From positions 8,089,554 to 8,153,553 of the forward strand of contig NW_002060946.1 of NCBI RefSeq assembly GCF_000150275.1: a DNA stretch of 64,000 nt, written 5' to 3'. Under the pieces are notes generated by a model. That model was not told where the DNA came from, searched no databases, and saw nothing but the letters and a program-made list of their open reading frames with translations. This DNA comes from Trichoplax adhaerens (taxonomy: Eukaryota > Animalia > Placozoa). Shown in pieces: positions 12,472 to 26,000 of this stretch (its first letter is position 1; every line of letters begins with the position of its first letter). Made by a program: the position numbers and the translations under genes.

Positions 12472-15400
12472 AATTTAGGAAGGAGAAATAAAGGTGGCAA
12501 AAATAATGCCAAGCAATGGCGCACTGTCCACCTATTTGGTAAAAGTCGTCGCCCGAAAGAATCGGCTGTTGTTATCGATCAAACTGATACGACTGGATAT
12601 TTAAGATCACACAGCGGCGTTACTACCAAGACTATTTTAACTGAAGAAAAGTTTCCTGACAATACTATTGTCACTTCTAGGGTAAGACCACCATTGGATC
12701 CATGTTCACTCATGTTAATATTAGTTTCTTCCAGCTATTTTATCGGATAACGGATTTCAATTGATCATTTTCTTAGTATACTATTTGGAATTTTATACCA
12801 AAAAATCTTTTCGAACAATTTGGCCGAATCGCAAACTTTTACTTTCTTTGCATTGCCGTAGTGCAGGTAAAGCAATTTATTTTATGAAGACTTCTAGTAT
12901 ATATTATTTCTTCATTTTAATCCAGTAGATTGGAATCATTCTAATTGCCATGCAGTTATTACTTCTATTCTACTCATCCTAACTCCTATAAACAAATCTT
13001 CTGGTTAGCTTTCATTAAGAAATTCCCCTGTTAGTCCAGTAACCAGCGTAGCACCATTACTCTTCGTCGTTACCATCACTGCTATTAAACAGGTAATTAT
13101 TCTAAGTATGGAAATCACAATCCAGTTGTAATTTCTAAGACATTTGGAAAAAATAGAGACTGTATCTTGTAATCATTATAAATATATTTGGTACTATTTC
13201 TGATAAATCTCACCGATAGATAATTGACTTCCTTACACCAAATCAATACTGACTTCTATCGGAATAAAATAACATTCCTCTCAATGTTATTCCTATTTAA
13301 TAGGCCTACGAAGATTGGTTAAGACATAAATCTGATAACAAAGTCAATAATCGATCAATCGAAGTTGTTCGTGATGGCACTCTGAAAGGCGTTCCATCAC
13401 GAAATGTTGCTGTAAGCAATCAATCAAAACTAGACGAGAATTGAAATGATGCTAGTGTAAAAACAATGAATGCATTTTTTTTTACAAAAATTAAAGGTGG
13501 GAGATGTAGTTCGAGTTTCTAACGAACAAGAACTACCTTGCGACCTTGTACTCTTATCTTCAAGCGAAGTGGATGGCAGTTGTTACATCATGACCATGAA
13601 CCTCGATGGCGAAACAAATTTAAAGCCACGATTAGCATTATCAGATACTGTAGCATGGCGAAGCTGTGAAGATATAACTTCTTCATCACTCGATATTGAT
13701 GTAGACTGCCAACTCCCGACACCTGATCTCTACAAGTAATACATTCTGCCGATTTCGGCACTGACTAATAAATCATCGTTGATCATTATTTTACCCTTTA
13801 CACTAACTATACTCTTTTCAACTCCTACTTGAAAATAGATTTGATGGCCGCATGAATGTTTATTCCGACTCTTCAACGCCTATGTGTCGGTATGCTAATA
13901 ATAGAATATGTTTTTATCTATCCATTGTAAGAACCAAACATATTGTTATTTGTTCACTTATAATTATTTATCAATTGATTTCAATATAGTTATACGTATA
14001 TATCTTACTTCCTGTAGATCGCTATGCTCGGATAATTTACTACTACGTGGTGCGCGGTTGCGAAACACTGATTATATTTTTGGAATGGCGGTGTATACGG
14101 GTGTTGATACTAAGGTCAGAAGTGATAGCAATCGAATTAATTTTTTGCTATGAATTTAAAAAGTATGATTCTAGCTTATTACCCTATCTAACACTGGTTC
14201 TCATTAAACAGGTTGCTCTAAACCAACAGCAAAAGAAACACAAATTTTCAGCTGTTGAAAAGTTAGTCGATTCCATAAAACACAAACATTCAAAGTTGAT
14301 GTTGCCTAATAAAATAAGCTGATGTAATAATTTATATCATGACACTATTCTAGAGCATTGAATAAATTCTTGGCCGTCTTTATGGTTTTGCTAGTTATTC
14401 AAGTAATATTCTGTGGTATTGCTAGTACTGTATGGCAAAGACTAGAATTGCCAGCATATATGGGCATATCTCGCGCGACAGAAGTGAGCTGAATTATCGA
14501 ATCATTATGGAATGACTACTTTTAAACTAATGCTATGTTTTAAACTTTTTTGTAGGCTTCTGGAATAATCAACATTTTCCTCTCATTTTTAGTCTTATTT
14601 AATTATATTATACCAATTTCACTTTATGTCACAATTGGTATGTGGTAATTTTACCCTTACATTGAGCGTATTGATAGAATGTATTCAATGTTGAACGTAC
14701 GATAAATTAAAGGAAGATTTCTATCTTCAGAATTACAGAAATTTTTCGGAGCCATGTTTATTGGCTGGGATATAAAAATGTACGATTCGGTAAGCACTTG
14801 GATAGCCTACGATAGGATGATCACAATCTACTTTTACCTTTCAATAGACCTGGCTCTCTTATAATTTCAAGCTAATTATAATTTAAATCGGATGACTTAT
14901 TATAGAAAATGGATGAAGTTGCAAAAGCAAATACTTCAGATTTAAATGAAGAACTTGGACAGGTATTATTTGCTATAACTATAGTACATGGTATTTAAAT
15001 TTCAAAATTAGTTACCGCACATCTACCCAAATTAGTATTATCAGCGTAATCTTGATGTAAAAATTTCCCGCCGACGCACATTCTTGATGCGCTCTTGTCA
15101 TCTATTCCACGCGTATATAGATTGAATACTTGTTTAGCGACAAGACAGGAACTCTAACACAGAATGATATGCAATTTCGGCAGTGTTCAATATATGGAAA
15201 ACGATATAAGGTTAGTTATAACATTAAAGTACACGATTATGTTTAAATTTTTCTTTTATTAAATAATTTTTGATCGCAATTTACACATTGACTAGGAAAT
15301 TGATGGCAACTTGCAGCTTTTATTGGATCAAAACTATGAAAGTTTGGAAGATTCATCGGTTAGCAATATATCTTACTACGAGCGGCGTTATAATAAAATA

Positions 15401-18400
15401 GATATTATTACCCATGGAATCAATTTTATATCCCATTATAGGATTCACTGCAGCAATTTCTCATTGCTCTAGCAGTGTGTCACACTGTCAAAACAGAACA
15501 TGAAGCTTCAACAGATAGTATTGTATATCAGGTAAGAATAATTAAATTTGCTCTAAAATGATACTTGTACATTTGGCAGTCCTATCTTGTACTCCAATAA
15601 TAAATGACCTATTTGACTTGTAGGCTTCATCACCGGATGAAAAAGCTCTCGTTGAAGCCGCTTCAAAGTAATTATTTTATATGATGATTCTCATATGGTT
15701 TAGATATTATGCAAATATCCTGGTGGTAGAAACTGAAAATAATTAAATAAATCCTGACATGTTTATTTCGTTTGTTTGGCAGATTTGGTGTTAGCTTTCG
15801 TGATTGTGTTGATAACGCTCATGTCGTTTTGGTACATGGGAAATTACAAAGGTTTCATTATAAACATCTTTGCTTCTTTAATATATTTTAAATAAGAATC
15901 TGTCATAAAGTGAGTGCTACGCTTCATATTCGTAATGTAGGTTCAAAATTTTACACGTTCTTGAGTTTGATTCTGATCGTAAAAGAATGAGCGTTATCGT
16001 CAAAGATCCATCGGGTAAAATTTATTGCCTTTGTAATAATATACAGAGTACTTTTATTACTTTTATAACAGCTATGTGACAAATTTACTCGCCTTTCTGT
16101 AGGTAATACTATTTTGATTTGCAAGGGCGCTGAATCTTCTGTATTAAGTCGGGCGAAAGATGGCGCTATTACTCACACTAATAACGACGTAAACTATTAC
16201 GCAAAGGTTATTAAATAACAATGCTTCATAATGACTGGAAATCATATACTCGTATTGATTAGCTTATTGTAATCGGATGTTCTACCTTAAACAGCATGGA
16301 TTAAGGACCCTTGTTATTGCCTTTCGTCGGTTGTCAGTTGCAGATTATGAAATGATGAATGAAAAGGTGAGAAAATATTATATGATCATCTATAACGTAT
16401 TAAATGTATGCATGATGATTTTATTAAATTGAGTCGATTATCTTATGGAATGGAATTTTTTCTATTATTAAACAGCTTCATGAAGCTAAAACCGCTATTG
16501 GCGATAGAGATGCAAAGGTAATGTATTGAAACCTTTAGTAAAGTCAGCTAATGTAAACGCTTATTTCTTGTTAACATTGAAAATATTGAGTATTGTTCAT
16601 TACGATTATATATCATAGCTTGCTAGTGCATATGATTATGTTGAGAGAGATTTAACAATTATTGGAGCAACGGCTGTGGAAGATAAGCTACAGGAATGCG
16701 TTACTGAAACCCTAGAGTCGTTACGCGAAGCTGGAATTAAGGTTTGTCGCACATTACGTTTTACTTTAAAAGTAAATACACGTAAGAGTGATCACTCTGT
16801 CAGATAAAAACTTAATTTAATAAAATGATAACATAATTCGGGTTTACAATTATTTCAGGTGTGGGTTCTGACCGGTGACAAACAGGAAACTGCTGTTAAT
16901 ATTAGCCATTCCTGTGGACACTTTAGTGTATGTTTTCTACAATCATCTAAAATTTCATTTTAAATTACCATAGCAACGTACTGGTAATATCTAAACATTT
17001 TCGCTTGAAATATTATAGACTGGCATGGAAATCATGACTGTAAATGCTAACAATAACGTGGAATGCTCGTCACTATTGCAAGATGTCAAAGTCAAGTACG
17101 TCATTATTTCGATAGAATCTATCGAAACTGTTTCGCGGCTAAATTTATTATCTTACATTCCAAATGCAGTCATTAGCTAATGTATTGAGCTCAACTATTT
17201 TAATACATCATGCGTTACTGATCTAATTAACTTACGTGTCTATTTCAATCAGAATTGATGGAAGCCCAGGTGGAACTAAGTTCGCACTTGTTATTAACGG
17301 AATGAGTCTATCATTTGCGTTGAGCAGTTGTCAAGGTAGGTCATAAGCATATCTTGTTCTACTAATTCTTGATTAGGCATTTGTTAATGGCGTTTTGTTT
17401 CTTCATAGATCTACTGCTTAGTGTTACGAAACATTGCGAAGCTGTATTATGCTGTCGTATGTCACCGCTACAGAAAGCTAAAGTATGAGTTGACTTTAAT
17501 TTCTAAATTATGACTCTAGTTCTAGCTTATATAAACAAGTAAATAAGCAGACTAATTTGTGCTTGTAATTTCTAGATTGTACGAATGGTAAAAGAAAATG
17601 GCCATCACCCAACAACGCTTGCTATTGGTGATGGAGCGAACGATTGTAGTATGATCCAGGAAGCTCATGTCGGAGTTGGTATCATGGGTAAAGAAGGCCG
17701 TCAAGCTACGCAATGCAGCGATTATGCAATCGCCAAGTTTAAATACTTAAAGCGTTTATTACTTGTTCATGGTCACTGGTACTATATTCGTATCGCAACC
17801 TTAGTTCAATACTTTTTCTATAAAGTATGTACAAAGCTTGTTCATTCTATTCGTACTTTAATTGCAAATTACCGTCAATGGTAGCGATAGAAATAAATAA
17901 TTACACTTCTATTTCTATCTAATGACAGAACGCCGCGTTCATAACTCCAGAATTTTATTTCGCATTCTTTTCCGGATTTTCAGCGCAGGTAGATCTAACA
18001 TAATATGGGTATATAGTTGCATTTTATCAGTAATACAATTTGAAGATCAATACCTTGTAAGTATTAAATTCTTTAAATATTAAATATTTCAGTCGATGTA
18101 CGACAGTATTTTCCTCATGTTTTTCAACCTGGCTTTTACGTCGCTACCTATCCTAATCTTTGGAGTATTTGAACAAGATTTCAATGAACATCATCTATTG
18201 CGGAATCCTTCGTTATATAAAATGCTTGCCAGGAATAAATATATGACTATGAAGGAATTTGCTTGTTGGGTTCTTCTAGGTTAATAGATATTTATTTTGA
18301 TATCATATCTGGTGAAATCAACTAAATCAATAACCTTATCTATTGTACTTTGCCAAATTACGTCATTTTAGGCTATTGGCATTCATTAGTCTTCTTTTTC

Positions 18401-19408
18401 GGTGTCTACTTTTTATTTGCTGAACAAGAAGGTGTTTTATCGGCAGATGGCAAGGTAGGAATACCTGTACTGTATTTAATTTTGAGTATGTGGTTATGAT
18501 TTTTATGTTGAATAAGCTAATACAACTAGTCCCTTTATTTTTATTGTAGACATTTGATCTTTGGTGTTTTGGAACAATGATTTATACAATGACTGTGGTA
18601 GTCACCAATCTGAAGGTATGCTTATGACTTCTGGGATAATGCTACCTAAAACTAATTTTGTGATTTATAACAACTATTATAATAGCAATGCCATCAATCG
18701 TTTTATTATTTTATGTTTAGCTTGCTTTGCACACTGAACATTGGACATGGGTTAATCACTTTGCTATATGGATATCCATTTTGTCTTATTATTTATTTAC
18801 GCTATTTTATTGCGGAATTTATTGGTAAATAATAACATTCGATGATAAAGTATCACTGTCTGCCAATGTTAAAGTCATTAATTTTTATTTTTTGATTTAT
18901 TATCATTAATATTGGCTACTTTAGGCCAACTTTCCGCAATGGTAGTTCTGATTTATTTTGGATATTTCTAAAGTTGGTAGCTACGCCTGCAGTTTGGTTT
19001 AAGACATTTTTACTAATTCTTGTTAGTCTTCTGCCAGATATTATTTTACGTATTTATTCCACGGAAAAGGTATGATTAATGGTAAAATTCATGGATTTAT
19101 GATACGGTGTTATGAAATATCGTTACGTATTCTGGAACGATTACGTCACGCTACGGCTAATATTAAAATATCTCGAGCAAAGTGGCTCAACACTAAAATA
19201 ACGTTCTATTTAGGTAAAGATTTTGAATTTAAGTCTTGAAAAAATGGCTAGAACAAGAATGCTGGGAGATCGATTAGCCTCTGAGAATACTAGCCTAAAT
19301 CGTGATTTAAGAAAACGTAATTATTCCACTGGAGACCCTAGAAATCCATTAATATCATCTGATAATAGTATTTTAGATATCTCTGATTCACATCAGACCA
19401 TAGTTTAA
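12472..19408 (+). CDS. ATP11: P4-type phospholipid-transporting ATPase (ATP11 subfamily), ~30 exons; start exon lies upstream and is not firmly placed (candidate ATGATG|GTAAGG at 8154-8159)
   Basis: Spliced exons give [10 protein letters not shown]|[80 protein letters not shown] and [24 protein letters not shown]. The last motif is ATP11-like. Last exon is 19214-19408. Confidence 0.93.
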
Positions 19409-20598
19409 CAGAAATTATAACGCTACTGATTTTTGTTGCAGCGAAAAACGTGCAACTTTTGTTGTTACCTAATATTGACAGTCATTTCCGCGAAATAGGA
19501 TATTTTCTCGATCAGTTATTAAGAAAAACTGTTAAAATGTAGCTTTCCTAATGTGTAATTATACTATTTGAAAAGTTGTAGAAACTATCTTTAAACGATC
19601 TAATCCCAATCTAATATGCCCTTTGTTAAAACTAACAAAGTTTTTCATACGTATCATGTCTTTAAATTATCAAGGATAAGATTGTAAGGCAAATATGAAA
19701 ATTGTAAAGCTCTAGCTGAATATTTTGTAAATTGTTTGACGAAAGAATCGTTTTTACATTGAGCCGTATTATTTGGTTAGCAGTTTTATCTCCATTACTA
19801 TGTGTTGTTTATATTAATCTCCATTCCGTGCATTTAGTTGTAAATCAAAGGATTTCATTTCTGTTAAATATTTATATAGCCGTTTCTGTATACATGTTTG
19901 TAAGCCGACCGACTGTAACGGAAACTGTTGCCACTATCTGCTGTGGGTGACTGTAAATTGAAATATACGTATGTATGAATTGCCAGAACTTAGCCTATCC
20001 TATAGATCTCAATTTTTATGCCTAATTATAATCCTTTTGGCATAGCCATTAACGAACTGATTTTCATTTTTTGTAATTCAAAACATGTGTAAACGGTGTA
20101 TCTTCCTATTTTATATTGTACAATATGATAACATCCACACCATTACTTAAGGGTTACTGGTATTGAGGGCTTCGAATGTTAAGCAATAAAGAAATAATGG
20201 TTTTTATCACAAGTCTCTATTTTATAGGAAAATGGATGAAAATTGGTGTAATTCACTTCTATTTTAGATTACGCATTGTATGAGATTTGCGAGCATCCAA
20301 TAAGTGTCTTTAATGTCGATATAGTATTTAGACACTTCAACATTACTATAATTATTTAAGATATTACTGGGAAAAAAAGTCAACCAAAACGTATACGTGC
20401 ATACGGTCATTGGTAAATGGCTAAATTTTTTCGGTATTTATTTAAATTACATAATATTACCATTTCAAAATTTACATTCAAAATTAAGGATGAAAATCAT
20501 TACTACTGTATAAATAAAGATAGTTAATCTATGATGGCATTTGTTGCGGTAGTGTAGCAATTCCTTATTGCATTGCATACACGTGAATGTACAATAAG

Positions 20599-21453
20599 TT
20601 AATCGGCTGTAGTTTTCATAGTTAGGAAATGATTTCGTAGATATTCCAAGGCTTTTTGACAAGCTTGATGTTGATCTTTTTCACGATCTAATTCTAATCT
20701 TATTTTTTCCATTCTATCATTGGCTAGTTTCATTTTATCATCGTGAAGTTTACGTAATAATTCTTCTTTCCTATCTAAATCTAACTGGAATTGAATTCGT
20801 TGACTATCTGATGAATCAGCTAGTTGATCTCGTTGTATAGTAACACGATGTAAGCCTTGCTTTAATTCTTGATTTTCTTTCACAGCTTGATAGTATTTAG
20901 GTTTTAAATGTTTCATTTCTAAAGCTAGTGATTTTAACTTTTCATGATACTGTAAAAGTTGTTCTTTATAGTGATCACACTTGATGCGAGTTTTCTTGTA
21001 ATTTTTTTTATTTTCTGTTGCTAACTGTGAATAAGTTTGAATTTGATCCTGTAGTTTTTGAACCACTTCATTTAAGCGACGGATTTCTTGTTGATTGACT
21101 TGATTTTGAGCAGCTGCTTTCATATTTTCTTGTTGAGTTTTTGTCAATAGTTGTCGAATGGTTTGTATTTCAGTTTGATTCCATATACATCGATCACTGC
21201 CAATAGGTATTTCAACATGATTTTTAGCCTCTTCTTCAATCATCTTTTTCTTTTCTTCTTCCTCTCGTTGACGAAGCTCTCTTGCTAAATCATCACGGAC
21301 TTGTGAGTGGATTTGATCTAATGGCTTATGATATTTAGCCAAAAGCGTGTCCAGAACGCTTTGGCAATCTTGGTTGAAATTTTCATTCAATATATCCTGG
21401 ACGGTAACGAATGGATAATTGGTAGGAAATATTTCATCCTTAATATCTTCCAT
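20599..21453 (-). CDS. CCDC160: Coiled-coil protein, CCDC160-like (284 aa)
   Basis: Long heptad-rich ORF. N-terminal IFPTNYPFVTVQDILNE and C-terminal KIRLELDREK..QACQKALEYLRNHF resemble the CCDC160 termini as recalled (F.PFFSAQDVLEE; ALELLRK.Y). Non-coding leader exon with a GTAAGC donor near 21935. Confidence 0.65.
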   Translation of the reverse strand: MEDIKDEIFPTNYPFVTVQDILNENFNQDCQSVLDTLLAKYHKPLDQIHSQVRDDLARELRQREEEEKKKMIEEEAKNHVEIPIGSDRCIWNQTEIQTIRQLLTKTQQENMKAAAQNQVNQQEIRRLNEVVQKLQDQIQTYSQLATENKKNYKKTRIKCDHYKEQLLQYHEKLKSLALEMKHLKPKYYQAVKENQELKQGLHRVTIQRDQLADSSDSQRIQFQLDLDRKEELLRKLHDDKMKLANDRMEKIRLELDREKDQHQACQKALEYLRNHFLTMKTTAD

Positions 21454-22216
21454 GACGATGTTTCCTGCTTTTAGCTTAAATATGAGACGATAAAATTAAT
21501 CAAGATCTTACTCGTAATAAAATTATTGTCAAGAGTTTTATGTAAGCTTGATTACTATTCTATCTTTATTATTGATGATATTACTATAGTACTTTTACAA
21601 TCGAAATTGTAGCAGTAACATTTTTACTGCGGCAAATGATCGATCTAGCAGGTAACTTACAGTATCAAAAATTATAATGATGTACAAAGTAAAGCAGAAT
21701 TCATTGTAGTAAATATACCAGCAATACCCGAATGATGATATTTACAGGCTTTAATTTAAAGTTGATTATTGCGCCTTAACCATCAAATAACTGTTTAAAT
21801 AATATGCATCATTGATTTACTCTAAGCTGATGAAATACTGCAAATCTATTACTGTGTTACAACTTTATAACAAACGGATAATGAGCAAACCATGACTACT
21901 ACGTTCACGAATGATATCCTGATCTTTATGCTTACCTCTTTCGTGGATTAAAATCGCTGATCAGTAGCAATTAGGATTCACTCTTGTTTCGAATTGTCCA
22001 TATTTCTTATTCAATAACTACAGCGTTGAAATGATCGATACGATGGTAGACAAGTTATTTTACAATTTCTACAACATCGACACAACTCTGAGCTGGTTAG
22101 CATGACAGAGTATATTAGGATACACAATATATAAGGGGAAATAACGTCAGGAAAATATTCAAATTGGACTATTATGTTATCAGAATAACTGGAAATTGGG
22201 CGTGAAATAAGCAAGC

Positions 22217-22230
22217 GTTGCCATAACAAC
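22217..22230. promoter_or_regulatory. RFX X-box upstream of CCDC160-like gene
   Basis: GTTGCCATAACAAC matches the palindromic X-box GTTGCCATGGCAAC at 12 of 14 positions. Confidence 0.6.
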
Positions 22231-23285
22231 GTGAAACTGCACCAAGTCCTCTATTAGTCCTGGTTCTAAGAGGGTAGCCAAAACGAAGTTAATAGAAAAA
22301 GAGCTCGCTATAAAAGTAAATCCAATTTATCTGAGGAGATATAGAGAGCAAAAAGAGAGTACATACTAACTAGAGTTACTGCCCATTAGCCTTGCTGCAG
22401 TGATCGATAGAAGAACATACTTGTACACTAGTATAGGACTAGGACTCACATTGATACAATTTACTATTGATGCATGCAGACACTAGACATGATGCAAAAT
22501 CAAGAATAACAGCTCCAAAATAGAGAGATTTCGAGTTGCTGTCAATGTTTACGAGCAGATTGGAGTACGTATAGTTAGTTTTTATGTAGAACTTGCATCT
22601 TAAGGGCAAATATAGAGTAGTAGTAGGGTTCAAATGACTCCTAAACTTGAGGAAAAAATTAAAATCGAACCCTCTTCCACCTACTCCCATACGATCATAA
22701 ATCAATATAACTCACGGACAATGCTTTGCGTATCATGACAGTGATCATTGAGGAAAATTGGACACCTTGGCTGATTTCAGTCAAAGCATACTGTGCAAAA
22801 TAGATGTCATTAGCCAAAGGCCGTTGTTGTGCCAGTTGACTATTTTAGCAGTCGCTTTACAGTACCAAAAGACTAAAAGTGTACACTATACTGCATGCAA
22901 CCAACCTTGGAAGCGACTTGAAAGAGCGCAGTGCTAGACAGGGTAGTGTCCAATCCTATAGCTAAAAAAGAGTTAAAATAACCAACAAAATAAGACGTGT
23001 AAAGTCGCTATCCAACACGTGCTAGATAAATGATCTGGCAGACACCGATTTCCTACCATGGGCAGTATAGAAACCAAATCCATAGGCTGCTATACAGTAA
23101 ATGTAGTGCTGGATAGCATGCCGATTGAGTTTTGCTATTGCAGCTTTAACGATTGCTGCTACAGGTTGGCTGGAGATTTTAAACTAGTTATTGCTGGCTG
23201 TGCATCCACCAAAGCTGCATACGAGTGCTTAGCTGCGATCTGAGCTATCATCAATCATCAACATTGCCATCAATAGATAAAGACG

Positions 23286-26000
23286 ATGGAAGATAATTCA
23301 TTACCTAGTTATCTCTTGTCCATGATCGATAAGGGACATGATGATGAGAATATCATGCATTGGATAGATTCCATCGATAGTCTCCAAGTATTCAAGCGAA
23401 GTGATAATGATTGCAGACCTGATCAACATCTAATCAAGCAATTGGAGGAGACTTTCAATCAATCATCTTGGTCAAGTAAGGTTTATGCTTTAACGATCAT
23501 GATTGCTTTATTGAAACAAGATCAATCCTCTGCTTATCAAGATTATTATAAATCATGGTATAAAATGTTGATGCATTTACTGCAAGGGAAAATAGCATCG
23601 ATGAGACCCAACTTCAAGCGATTAGTCAATGTAGCTATAGCGAAATTGCTAGTTAGAATAGCACGCGTAAGTGATACTGCTAATCAATTTATAACTCATC
23701 ATTTATCTGCATTAGTTCAGTATATGACTAAGTTAGATTCCACTCAGGTCGATGGATCATTCTTAGCACTATTGACGACATTGTTGCAACATTATTCTTC
23801 TGCATGTGGACAATATCATAAACCGTTAAGGAGATGGATTATTCAATGCATGCAACATCAGCATGATCTAATTTGGCCTTTAGCATGTCAAAATTTAATT
23901 GCATTAACAAAATGCGGTGGAAGTGGAAATGCAGGGAGTAAACATATTGAAAATTGGTATCAATTATGCAATGAATTAATCGCCACACTACAATCGGATT
24001 GGCATCAATTATATAAAGATATCGATCAATTAAAAGGAGAAGGCATGGTCTTAATACCATCCAATGCATCGATATCACCTATTCAATGGCAACCATTGCC
24101 AACGGATGAACCCAATCGTACGTATACCTTAATACATCAAGTACAGGTTGGATGTACATGTTTAACCTTGCTATTACAACAAGAATTTGCCTATCCTGTA
24201 TCAATTCCCATTGCTACGTTGATCAAGATTATTTCCAACATCATCAATGTCAATCATCGCAATATTCAACAAGATCAACATCGTAACATTGAAACAACAT
24301 TGCTTTTATCTTGTATATCTAAACTCCATTGCCATGCCATTCATTTATTATCTGCATTAATTCATAGTAGTCGTTGCCATCTTCTACCATATTATTCACT
24401 TATAACGAAAATTCTTCTCAAAGTATTGGAGATAACACAACAACAAGATTGGCCTCAGGATTGTCGAAAGCCCTTTTTAACATTACGAAAATTAACTTAT
24501 CAAGTCCTGTCTGAGTTATTATTACTTGTATCAACAGATACTTTACAATATACTGATGAATTCATTCATCATATCATGTATGATATGAAGCCTAATGTTT
24601 ATACTACAAAGTTACAAGCTTCCACTACTGCCAATAATTCAAGTCAATCCAAAGTTGGCCAAAGTAAAAAGAAGCGAAAAGGTCGACAATATCAATATGA
24701 AGATATCAATTCTAACTTTAGAAATGACAACAGGATAAATCCTTTTCTTAATCAGGAGATATGTACAGCAGCTTTGAAATTATTACAGACGATGATTATA
24801 TGTTTAGGTTCTTCTATTGACGCTACGTTATTCCAAACGATCACTAACTTTATTACTCAATCGCTGATGCAGATTCAGCAAGGATTCACTTGCAATCCTA
24901 CTATATCGTCTGGTAATACTATACCTGTACCATATTCAAGTGGAGCGTGCCGATTAGAGCTTTATCGTAGCTTATTATCATGTGTTCAAGTATCCTGTTG
25001 TAGTAAAATGCCGACCATACTACGTTATGCAATTCAGATTTTAAGCCACGGAAAGCGTGATTTCGATATAGAAATTATTAAATTTTGCTATGAAGCACTG
25101 GCAACTTGTACGATGTTAATCCATACCACTAGACCTACTTTGCCAACAACTGTACCGACTAATAGCAGCCTGACTAGTGGGCAAGACCTATTCAATAAAG
25201 TTAACAGTCTTAATCACTTGAATACAGTTAGAGATACACTTAAAGATAACAAGAATTTAGCTCTATCAAATCAGTTTATTACTACTGTGGATGAACTAAA
25301 AGTTGTAAAAAATCTTAGTGATGATAACGATGATGGAAATGGGATAGCGAGTAACAGTAATAAATTTGAAATCATTAAGGATTCGTCAACAACTGAAGAC
25401 CAAGACAATAAACATGTTATGTCATTTCAGGCATCGAACGCGATACAGCGTCGTGAAATTGCTATGCAAGATCAGCAAAATGATGATAAGGGTGTTGTAG
25501 TTCCAAACGTAAATGTTAGTGAAACGGTTACTATGAACTCTGTTGAAAAAGTTGCAGCCATGTCTAGTAGACAACAGGAAGATAGTCCGAATACATTGAC
25601 AAATCAGATACCAACGCTAAAAAGAGATATGGATAGTATTGATGAAGGTGCCGGTGTTGGGAAAAACTTTACCAGTAAAGATACAGAACCAGTTAGTAAG
25701 CGTGTTCGATTCAATATCAATAACCAACAAACAGATACATGTGATGATCTCGAACAATCGGAGATGCAACTTACAAACACAAATGAAACTGCTAAACCGG
25801 AGGTAAGAACGTTGTCCAAAATTATATTGCCGTATTATTTCGATGAACTGTATGTGGAGCACAAATGGACATTATTTTATTATGTCTTATATCAATTTTA
25901 GGACAGTACCGATGATGATCGTGTGAAAGCTATGCTAGACAGTTTCGTCGATTCTCAACCCGATTCCGATGATGTTGATGATAACGATGGCGATGCTTAA
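23286..26000 (+). CDS. PELP1: PELP1/Rix1 homologue (rixosome subunit), exons 23286-25802 and 25902-26000, 871 aa
   Basis: Helical Rix1-like N-terminal domain with LxxLL motifs, GGSGNAGSKH..W and PYSSGACRLELYRSLLS. Splicing GAG|GTAAGA...TTTTAG|GAC yields DDDRVKAMLDSFVDSQPDSD, which matches the PELP1 C-terminal AMLADFIDCPPD motif. Confidence 0.88.

Noticed and set aside
25803-25901. ORF-track C-terminus of PELP1 (VRTLSK...YQF)
   Set aside because: Intron read-through; splicing restores the conserved terminal motif.
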